From the NCBI GenBank assembly GCA_022842225.1, contig JALHPX010000002.1, positions 1-27,207 on the forward strand: a stretch of 27,207 nucleotides of DNA, in the 5' to 3' direction. Below the pieces are notes generated by a model. The model had not been told where the DNA came from, made no database searches, and saw only the letters and a program-made list of their open reading frames with translations. Below, piece by piece: positions 19,758 to 27,207 of this stretch (the first letter of the stretch is position 1; each line of letters opens with the position of its first letter). Position numbers and translations under genes: made by a program. This stretch comes from a bacterium (lineage in GTDB: Bacteria > Bdellovibrionota > FAC87 > UBA2466).

Positions 19758-19786
19758 TTTACAGCCCGAAGACTAGCGGCTACGAT
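19758..19786 (+). promoter_or_regulatory. sigma70 promoter (TTTACA-17-TACGAT) for the 19819-argS-GT9-waaA operon
   Basis: TTTACA 19758-19763, 17-nt spacer, TACGAT 19781-19786; AGAGGA SD at 19806-19811, 7 nt before TTG 19819. Confidence 0.6.
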
Positions 19787-19818
19787 CAAGGTCTTCGGTT
19801 TCAAAAGAGGAAAGCAAC

Positions 19819-21117
19819 TTGCAAGAGTATGAACTCGTCGTAGTGGGGGATGAACCAGCAGGACTCTGGCTGCTGCGACGTTACTCCGAAGCCATGGCAG
19901 AACACGGCGGACCCGGCGCCATGGGATGGCTATCGTTAGAAAGCGATCACCGGCCCCAATCGATTCCCAGTCTTTTGGGAACCGCCTTTGACTTGCAAAT
20001 GAGCGAAAGCTGGAATCTCGAAATCGTTAGCCCTCAGCGCAATCTGATTTGGCACCCCGAAAATATTCGCAAGATGTTCCCCTCGCTGCCCGAGCCGGTT
20101 GTACCCGTGAGTGCGATTGAGAAAAAAACGGGACCAGAAGAATTACTTACGTGGGACAAACCTTGGCTTGCTGAAGTCCGCAAGACTTTGCAGCGCCACC
20201 CTGAATTGTATTCGCTCTCTCAAGCCGTTTGGAAATGGATGGGCCGATCACTGCCGATGGTTTCAGAAGCTCAATTTCTCAACGCCTATCGCTTTCATGA
20301 TTTTGCTTATTGGGATCCGTCGAACATGGTTCCAAAGGATGTCTCGCGAGTGTCTCTTTCGTTGGGACTGCATCCGATCGAGGAATGTAAGCCTAATAAG
20401 AATGGCGGCATGACGATCTCTTTCCGCGGCTTTGGCCCGATCAGCGCGAAGCGCTGGATTTGGAACCTGCCCTGGAATCAATTGACCGCACTCTGTCGCC
20501 ACAACCCACAAGCGCTCAAACTTCAAAATTTATCGACGGGCCAGACCTGCGCGGATCAATCGCTGTATGGATTGCGCATTACTGCAAGCGCCGAAGCCTG
20601 CCCGGCACCCATGCGGCCTGTGACGGTGTATCTCGACGATTGGCACATTCCCGATCCTCAAAGCGAGATGTGGCCGGTGCAGTTGTTTTCGTTTGGTCAA
20701 ACCAAAGAGCTGTGTATTTGGTCGAGTGCCAGTGCCGATACCGCCTTAGAAGCCACGCAATCGTCGTTTGTAGAGGCTACCAAGCGCCTTTACCGGCTCC
20801 TGCCGTTTTTGCCGACAATGGCGCGCAACTTTAGCGTCGGCTTAGATTCCAGCTGTTCCTTTGAAGACCAAACGCGCACGGCCTGGATCGAGAATCTGCA
20901 CACCAATCGCATTGAGCTCTACCAGCAGACACTTTCTGGGGTGGGAGCGCGGCATTCCGCATTTCACCTTTTGGTGCCCGCTGTGGATTGCCACTTGCCC
21001 TACCCGTTTGGGACATTGTTGGCCGCCCGAAAACTCGTTCGCGAGTTTGTCCCCAAGAAGAAACGCCCGACGGCAAATGCCAGTCCCAGTGCCCAGGCAC
21101 CGGCACATCTACCTTGA
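19819..21117 (+). CDS. Hypothetical protein with degenerate FAD/NAD(P)-binding Rossmann-like N-terminus
   Basis: YELVVVGDEPAGLWLL resembles YDVVVIGxGxAGL. Good SD and promoter. The rest is not recognised. Confidence 0.6.
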   Translation: MQEYELVVVGDEPAGLWLLRRYSEAMAEHGGPGAMGWLSLESDHRPQSIPSLLGTAFDLQMSESWNLEIVSPQRNLIWHPENIRKMFPSLPEPVVPVSAIEKKTGPEELLTWDKPWLAEVRKTLQRHPELYSLSQAVWKWMGRSLPMVSEAQFLNAYRFHDFAYWDPSNMVPKDVSRVSLSLGLHPIEECKPNKNGGMTISFRGFGPISAKRWIWNLPWNQLTALCRHNPQALKLQNLSTGQTCADQSLYGLRITASAEACPAPMRPVTVYLDDWHIPDPQSEMWPVQLFSFGQTKELCIWSSASADTALEATQSSFVEATKRLYRLLPFLPTMARNFSVGLDSSCSFEDQTRTAWIENLHTNRIELYQQTLSGVGARHSAFHLLVPAVDCHLPYPFGTLLAARKLVREFVPKKKRPTANASPSAQAPAHLP

Positions 21118-21161
21118 TAGATTAGGCTCGGTTCGATACTCTCCCGGGCGCGGAGTTGCAC

Positions 21162-22901
21162 ATGCCCTTTGTGGATTTAAGGTCGGATTTAGCACGGAAA
21201 ATAGCGGAATATTGGAAGAATCCGGAGATCACGGCGGACCAGATTTTGGCCGAATTGACTCTTCCTCCTAATCCCGCCATGGGCCACGTCGCCTTGCCCT
21301 GTTTCCGCATCGCTAAAGCGTTGGGAAAACAGAACCACGAAGTCACCAAGGACTTAGAACAGAATTTTAAGCAAGCCTTCAAGGGCTCTCCGATCACCGT
21401 CAAAGCGGCAGGCCCTTACGCCAATTTTAAATGGCCAGTGCCAGCCCTTTTAGAGGCGACTTTGCACCAGCTCAAAGTGGATGGCCCTCTCTACGGCCAG
21501 GACCGGTCCGGCGCGGGTCAAAAAGTTTTAATCGAATACTGCTCTCCGAACATTGCTAAGAAACTAGCGTTCCAACACATCCGCAGCACGCTGATCGGAA
21601 GCGTTCTTGCCAATGTGTACGAGCGGTTGGGTTACGAAACCATTCGCGTCAACTTTGTCGGCGATTGGGGCTCGCAGTTTGCCCGCCTCTTGGCCGCAGT
21701 CGATATGTGGGGCGATGCTTCAATTCTAAACGGCACTTCCAATGCTCAAGCGATGCAGCACCTGTTTGAGTTGTATGTGCGCTTTCACAAAGAGGCCGAA
21801 CAGGAGCCATCGTTTAATGAACTTGGCTCTAAGTGGCTGCAGAAATTAGAAAGCCGCGATCCAAAAGCCACAGAGCTGTGGAAAAAGATCCGCGACCTCA
21901 GTTTGACGGCAGTGGAAAACACTCTTCAGCGGATGCAAGTGCGCTTCGATCATGTCGAAGGCGAGAGTGCTTATATCGCTGATATGGCCGATACCTTAGC
22001 CATGGTGAAGAAGGAAGCCGGAGCCCGTCTAAGTGAAGGCGCCTATATCGTCGATGTCGAAGGCATCGATGTCCCGGCGCTGATTCAGAAAAAAGACGGC
22101 ACAACGCTCTATCTCACGCGCGATATCGCAGCAGCAATTGATCGCGAAGAGCGTTTTGGCTGCCAGAAGATGCTTTACGTGGTTTCCGAACAACAAAAAC
22201 TTCATTTCCAACTGTTGTTTGGCACGTTGAAGAAAATGGGTCGGCAGTGGGCCTCTAAGTGCGAGCATGTTTCCTTTGGCACCGTGATGTTTGGCCAAGA
22301 GAAAATGTCGACACGTGAAGGCCGGGTTATTTTCCTCGACGACCTATTGGATGAAGCCAAAAGCCGCGCGCTTATCGAATGCACCAAGAAGAATCCCGAC
22401 CTAGCTAACAAGGAAACAGTTGCCGAGATGGTTGGCATTGGGGCTGTGATCTTCGGTGAAATGGCGGCTCACCGCCAGCGTGGGATTGAGTTTGACTGGG
22501 ATCAAATCCTGGCCCTCGATGGCGAAACTTGCCCGTATGTTCAGTACTCTCTCGTGCGTTGCTACTCATTGCTCGAAAAAGCTGCGGGTATCGTCGATTT
22601 GGACAATCCTCCTAAGGTCGACACCTACGATTTTGCCATCGAAGAAGAACTGCTGATTTTGCAACTAAGTCGCTTCCGAGGCGCTTTGCATCAGGTCGTG
22701 GCGGAGAATGATCCGTTTGCGCTGCCGAAGTTCTTAGTGGAAACCGCCAAAGCGTTTAATCGCTTCTACTACCAATTCCCCGTCCTCCAGGCGAACGATC
22801 CGGTTCAAAAGGCAGTCCGGGTGGGCCTCGTCAATGCGACCCGGCAGGTTCTAGAAAACGGGCTTGGCCTGTTGGGCATCCAATGTCCCAAGGAGATGTG
22901 A
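21162..22901 (+). CDS. argS: Arginine--tRNA ligase
   Basis: N-terminal GHVALPCF.IAK, GPYANF, IEYCSPNIAK, NFVGDWGSQF, KKDGTTLYLTRDIAAA, KMSTREG, GETCPYVQYSLVR. ATG 21162 with GGAG 6 nt upstream. Confidence 0.95.
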   Translation: MPFVDLRSDLARKIAEYWKNPEITADQILAELTLPPNPAMGHVALPCFRIAKALGKQNHEVTKDLEQNFKQAFKGSPITVKAAGPYANFKWPVPALLEATLHQLKVDGPLYGQDRSGAGQKVLIEYCSPNIAKKLAFQHIRSTLIGSVLANVYERLGYETIRVNFVGDWGSQFARLLAAVDMWGDASILNGTSNAQAMQHLFELYVRFHKEAEQEPSFNELGSKWLQKLESRDPKATELWKKIRDLSLTAVENTLQRMQVRFDHVEGESAYIADMADTLAMVKKEAGARLSEGAYIVDVEGIDVPALIQKKDGTTLYLTRDIAAAIDREERFGCQKMLYVVSEQQKLHFQLLFGTLKKMGRQWASKCEHVSFGTVMFGQEKMSTREGRVIFLDDLLDEAKSRALIECTKKNPDLANKETVAEMVGIGAVIFGEMAAHRQRGIEFDWDQILALDGETCPYVQYSLVRCYSLLEKAAGIVDLDNPPKVDTYDFAIEEELLILQLSRFRGALHQVVAENDPFALPKFLVETAKAFNRFYYQFPVLQANDPVQKAVRVGLVNATRQVLENGLGLLGIQCPKEM

Positions 22902-23999
22902 TTGGCCGAGACCTTCTCCAAGATCCTCATCCTCCGTTTTAGCAGCTTAGGTGACATCATCATGACGACTGCAGCAGTGCGCTGCCTGCGGAAGCGTTTT
23001 CCAAATGCGCAAATTGATATGGCCGTGCGCTCGGATTTTTTGCCGTTGGTGGAGCACAATCCTCATCTCAATCGGATTTGGTCAGTCGATAGGAAGGGCG
23101 GCGCCGCTTCTTTGCGCAAGCTGGTGCGCGATCTTAATGTAGAGAAATACGACGCCGTTTACGATGCGCACGGCAGTTTGCGATCGCGATTGATGCTGCC
23201 GTGGATCCACGCCCGATCCAAGAAACGCTTTAACAAACATTATATTCGTCGAAGCTTGGCGCTTACTTTCAAACTCCCGCTCTTAGACGATCGCAGGTTT
23301 CTGGAAAAGTTTATCGACCCCATTCAGAGCTGGGGTGTGCAGTATGACGGCCTGGGGCCGGAGATTGCACTCGATCCCAAATCGCTAGAGCGCGTCGAGA
23401 TCGCTCTTACGGCATATCCCAAAGGATCGCGCGTGGGATTGATTCCTTCCGCTCAGTGGCCCGGCAAGCGTTGGGCGCCTGAGAAATTTCGCGAGTTGCT
23501 CGGTCGTTTAATCGATAAGACTGACCATTCGTTTTTGATCTTCGGTGGTCCGGAAGATACTTTCTGCCAGCAGATCGCGGAAGATTTTCCCACTCAGCGA
23601 GTGCTCCAACTCCAAGGCAAACTCAATTTGCCCGATGCCATCGCTGCGGTCAGCACCTGCGAATACGTCATCGCGAATGACACAGGCCTGATGCACGTAG
23701 CCGATGCTTTGGGCGTGCCAAGCGTTTTGATTTTCGGCCCCACTTCGGCGGCCCTGGGGTGCTTGCCCTATACGCCGCAATCGGTTCTCGTCGAGAAACA
23801 ACTCTGGTGCCGGCCTTGCTCCAAGAACGGCCAAGCACCTTGCATTCGCGGTAAACGCGTTTGCTTAGAAGACATCACTCCCGAAGACGTGTTTAAGGCC
23901 TCTCAACATCTCGAGCGCCGCTTATTTACCAGCCCGCCGAAGCCGTTATCTTGGGGAATTGATTTGCCCTTCCCGACTCTGGAGCCGTTTCCCGTATGA
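22902..23999 (+). CDS. Glycosyltransferase family 9 (LPS heptosyltransferase, WaaC/WaaF/WaaQ-like)
   Basis: ILILRFSSLGDII, KRWAPEKF, IFGGPED, GKLNL, NDTGLMHVADALGVP...IFGPT, WCRPC. Confidence 0.92.
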   Translation: MAETFSKILILRFSSLGDIIMTTAAVRCLRKRFPNAQIDMAVRSDFLPLVEHNPHLNRIWSVDRKGGAASLRKLVRDLNVEKYDAVYDAHGSLRSRLMLPWIHARSKKRFNKHYIRRSLALTFKLPLLDDRRFLEKFIDPIQSWGVQYDGLGPEIALDPKSLERVEIALTAYPKGSRVGLIPSAQWPGKRWAPEKFRELLGRLIDKTDHSFLIFGGPEDTFCQQIAEDFPTQRVLQLQGKLNLPDAIAAVSTCEYVIANDTGLMHVADALGVPSVLIFGPTSAALGCLPYTPQSVLVEKQLWCRPCSKNGQAPCIRGKRVCLEDITPEDVFKASQHLERRLFTSPPKPLSWGIDLPFPTLEPFPV

Positions 24000-25300
24000 A
24001 GCCGTTTTTTATTTTGTATGCCCTGGGCCTTCGGGTGGCGATTGCGGTTGCTTGGATGCTCTCGTTTTTCAATCCCAAAATACGTCGATTGGTTTCGGCC
24101 AGACGCGGTTTGCAAACACGCCTTTCGCTGTTTCGTGAAGCAGTCCCCGGCAAGTTGTGGTGGTTTCATGTCGCCTCCGCTGGGGAAATGGAGCAAGCCA
24201 TCCCTTTGATGGAGAAAGTCCGCGCGCGCGAGTCCGACTCGGTGATCTTCGTTAGCTTCTTTAGTCCATCGGCAGAAATGGCTGCGGCAAATGAAATCAA
24301 GCGACGCGATGCTACGGGTTTAACCGTGCCCTGGGATTACGCTGATTACCTCTGTTGGGATTTATCGGGGTCAGTGCGCCGCTACGTGGCCCTGCTCAAG
24401 CCTGCCTATTTTGTCTCTTTGCATGCAGAACTTTGGCCTGTGCTTTTTGATCAGCTGGAGAAAGACAACGTAGCCATTTCCATTGGAGCTGTGCACGTGC
24501 CGACTCCCCGTTCGATGTCCTGGAGTAAGCGGACCTATTGGAAGAGCCTACTCGCGCCAGTTACTCGTATTGCGACGATAGATTCGGAGACGTGTGCTTA
24601 TCTGCAAGAAGCCTTCCCGCAGAAGAACATCCAAATGCTGGGCGACCCCCGCATCGATCGGGTGGTCGAACGCGCGAGTCGCAATAACGAGATCCGCAAA
24701 GCGACGAGCGACGATTCGCTCGAGGTTCTCCTAGCCAGCGTCGAGGATACGGATTGGAAAGCGATTAAGGATTGGTTAGCCAAGCCACACGAAACGCGTA
24801 TCAAGCTTTGGATCGTGCCCCATGAGCCTAGAGAAAAAGCCATGGCGCAGATGGAGCAAACCTTAGCCGCGGCAAAACTGCTTACTATTCGGCTCAGTGA
24901 ATTGGGTGGAGTCGTCAGCACCGCCTTTACGGCTAACCCGGAGATTGACGCGGTTATCGTCGATAAAGTGGGCGTCTTGGCTGAACTCTACGCCCGCACG
25001 GAACTCGCATTCGTCGGTGGAAGTTTTGAGACCGCCGTGCATAATGTATTGGAGCCAGCTGCCTATTCGGTTGCCATTGTGACCGGTCCTCAGATCGAAA
25101 AGTCTTGCGAGGCAACTGAGATGCGCAACCAAGGCGCGCTGCTGCAAACCGACTCCAAAGACTCTTTGGCAATTGGCCTGGATGCCTTGATTGCGAATGA
25201 GCGCTACCGTCACGACCTCGGCCAACGCGCCCGGCGTTTCCTCACAGATCGCCAAGGCGCGAGCGAACGCTACGGCACTTGGCTCGGCGAACTGCTGTAG
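23996..25300 (+). CDS. waaA: 3-deoxy-D-manno-octulosonic acid (Kdo) transferase
   Basis: WFHVASAGEMEQAIPL, ELWP, GDPRIDRV, IVPHEP, VDKVGVLAELY...AFVGGSF...HNVLEPA. Confidence 0.9.
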   Translation: MKPFFILYALGLRVAIAVAWMLSFFNPKIRRLVSARRGLQTRLSLFREAVPGKLWWFHVASAGEMEQAIPLMEKVRARESDSVIFVSFFSPSAEMAAANEIKRRDATGLTVPWDYADYLCWDLSGSVRRYVALLKPAYFVSLHAELWPVLFDQLEKDNVAISIGAVHVPTPRSMSWSKRTYWKSLLAPVTRIATIDSETCAYLQEAFPQKNIQMLGDPRIDRVVERASRNNEIRKATSDDSLEVLLASVEDTDWKAIKDWLAKPHETRIKLWIVPHEPREKAMAQMEQTLAAAKLLTIRLSELGGVVSTAFTANPEIDAVIVDKVGVLAELYARTELAFVGGSFETAVHNVLEPAAYSVAIVTGPQIEKSCEATEMRNQGALLQTDSKDSLAIGLDALIANERYRHDLGQRARRFLTDRQGASERYGTWLGELL

Positions 25301-25309
25301 CCACTAGCC

Positions 25310-26872
25310 CTAACGATCGATTAACTCCAAATTATAGAGATTCAGCTCCGGCTTCTGCAGAGCTAAGCCTAAACTAAACGATCCCAGCGCCATTTTCTTG
25401 CGCACGGTTTCCGTGCCGATGTTCAGAGCACGGGCAACTGCGGGTGTGCTCTTGCCCTCCAGAACCCGCATCGCCATCACTTTGCGTACCGCCGAGTCCA
25501 TGAACGCAATCTGCTTGGCAACTTCGGCGCGAGAGGCGGTTACGGGCTCGCGTTTTTGGCGACGACCGCGATTGCCATCGGGCTCAATCAGCATCTCCAC
25601 TAAATAAGATCGTCCCTGCGAGTCTCCTAGAATCGCCTGCACCCGATCGCGAGTGTCGCCGATCAAGCAATAGTAAGGTCGAAGCAAGCTGATATCGGCC
25701 GCCTCCGCCCTCAGGGCCGCGGCTAATTTCACCCGTATGCGATCGATTCTGCCGAGCACTGTGGCAGCTGGAATATTCAGCGCTTCAATTATTTCTGGTC
25801 GCTCTAAGCCGAATCCCCGCAATAGAGCGTACTCGCCCTCCGCTGGGCCCAGCGTGATCTGGAACGTTTTGACAAAGAGCTGTTCCCGGCCCCCATAGAG
25901 CTCGTCGTAGTCGCGCCGACGTTCGTAGATCAAGCGCAGGTAGGTGCGCCGAGCCTCCAAGCTATCGAGGTCCAGACGGCGAACCATAGATTCAAGACTC
26001 TCGCCCTTCACCCAGCCACCGATGATTTGAATCTCGCCCGGCTCAAAGGGAATGGGACCTTCAGCCAATAAAGTTTCTTTCTTGCCGTGGAATGCGCTGA
26101 GAATAAATACACGGTTTTTCGCACTCATGTCGGGCAAGTAAGTGAGGTGGGAGCGGCGAATCGCTGGATTTTGTAACGCCTCCTGGACTTTTGCTTCCAC
26201 ATTCCCAATCGCGTCATGCACATGGCGGATGTCGAGTTGTAGCCTCTGGGCGATCTCGCCATGCGAATCTCCCGTCGATAAACCGCGCAGCACCCCGAGC
26301 TGTCTTGCACTGAGTGGAATGGGAGGCGTACTGAGTTCGGAGTAATCCTCCAGAGAAACAAAAGGCGGTGTGTATAGTTCCACTTGTCCGATATCTAACC
26401 CCTGGTGCAGGGCAAACTGCGGCCCTTGCGAGTCAGCCACCCAGCGCATATCGCCAAACGGCGTTGGATTTCTCTGCTTATGGGCGGCAAAGAGCCGGTG
26501 CTTGGCGATGACATAGACGATGGGCAAGTAGGGCCGCGGGGGCGCGTCCAGTGAGCGCTGCCGACGCACCCATTTGATTACTTCCAGATAAGTATCGTGA
26601 AAGATCTCTTCGGCAGCCTGAGAATCTGCGCCGCGCAGACCAAGATAGCGAAGCAGCTCAAGCTCCATCCAGTGGTAGATGAGCATTTCCGAGGCGCCCT
26701 CTTCGGAAACGGTCGTGGCGTAACGACTCCGCTGCAGGGCCGCTTCTAATTGCTCGCGCGGACCGCCCTGGTCGACGACGAGAACAGAACAAATTGGACG
26801 AATGGGATCGGGAAGAATGATCGCCCCGGCAAGCAACCGAACGGTAAATAGACTGGCTAAAAACGCCGTCAA
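25310..26872 (-). CDS. ECF sigma-70-like protein with one sigma2 and 3-4 sigma4/HTH repeats plus signal-peptide-like N-terminus
   Basis: sigma2-like DSQAAEEIFHDTYLEV...IVYVIAKHRLF; sigma4-like LSARQLGVL...SHGEIAQRL, LERPEIIEALNIPAATVLGRIDRIRVKL, VLEGKSTPAVARALNIGTETVRKK. Start uncertain (CTG 26893, TTG 26872 or ATG 26686). Confidence 0.65.
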   Translation of the reverse strand: MTAFLASLFTVRLLAGAIILPDPIRPICSVLVVDQGGPREQLEAALQRSRYATTVSEEGASEMLIYHWMELELLRYLGLRGADSQAAEEIFHDTYLEVIKWVRRQRSLDAPPRPYLPIVYVIAKHRLFAAHKQRNPTPFGDMRWVADSQGPQFALHQGLDIGQVELYTPPFVSLEDYSELSTPPIPLSARQLGVLRGLSTGDSHGEIAQRLQLDIRHVHDAIGNVEAKVQEALQNPAIRRSHLTYLPDMSAKNRVFILSAFHGKKETLLAEGPIPFEPGEIQIIGGWVKGESLESMVRRLDLDSLEARRTYLRLIYERRRDYDELYGGREQLFVKTFQITLGPAEGEYALLRGFGLERPEIIEALNIPAATVLGRIDRIRVKLAAALRAEAADISLLRPYYCLIGDTRDRVQAILGDSQGRSYLVEMLIEPDGNRGRRQKREPVTASRAEVAKQIAFMDSAVRKVMAMRVLEGKSTPAVARALNIGTETVRKKMALGSFSLGLALQKPELNLYNLELIDR

Positions 26873-27010
26873 AAAAAGAGTGCGTCGCTGCAGAACCTCT
26901 CCCCTAAAACCTGAAGAGCTACTCGTAGCATGCCTCTTGAGGCACGAACAACTACTGAACTGGGTTGGGGTTAGTACGGTGCAATGCGCTATGTCGATAA
27001 TAGGCGGGCG

Positions 27011-27207
27011 CTACAGGTACCAGTAGCCAAGATATCGGAATAATGTGTTTTTCCAGTACTCTTGAAAGACTTTCACGATGGCACCCTCGGAGGGTACGGC
27101 GAACCCGACGATGTCAAAACCAGGCAGGGCGCGGACAAAAACCGCAAGGGCCCGATCCATGTGGTAGTCGCTGGTGACCACTACGACGTGGCGCAATTGC
27201 CGTTCGC
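27011..27207 (-). CDS. YdcF/DUF218 (ElyC/SanA-like) family protein, 5'-truncated
   Basis: VVVVTSDYHMDRAL...AVPS...QEYWK is the DUF218 C-terminal signature; the frame is open to the window edge. Confidence 0.8.
   Translation of the reverse strand, partial: ERQLRHVVVVTSDYHMDRALAVFVRALPGFDIVGFAVPSEGAIVKVFQEYWKNTLFRYLGYWYL

Overview
Bacterial chromosomal window. The gene content (cdaA-cdaR-glmM beside ftsH in a Gram-negative with Kdo/heptose transferases, a GYF_2 membrane protein, many signal-peptide orphans) suggests Bdellovibrionota/Oligoflexia or another delta-proteobacteria-like lineage; this is inference only. Left to right: a truncated giant MotB/ZorB-like protein with a repeat-built coiled-coil rod (-); a DUF3445 protein (-); a three-gene secreted cluster led by a ~1270-aa coiled-coil/GxxxG protein (+); the housekeeping run tilS-ftsH-cdaA-cdaR-glmM-nnr-tsaE (-); an RHH-antitoxin/Doc toxin pair with a clear, probably leaderless promoter and TCATGA operators (-); GYF_2 protein, suhB and a secreted orphan (-); an operon of a degenerate flavoprotein-like gene, argS, a GT9 heptosyltransferase and waaA (+); an ECF-sigma-like protein with several sigma4/HTH repeats and an apparent export signal (-); and a truncated DUF218 gene (-). 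No rRNA, tRNA, CRISPR array or transposase was seen. Best leads: the possibly exported multi-HTH sigma-like protein, the orphan MotB-like protein with a ~95 nm rod, the giant secreted FliH-like-repeat protein, and an ArgRS whose HIGH motif reads AFQH.
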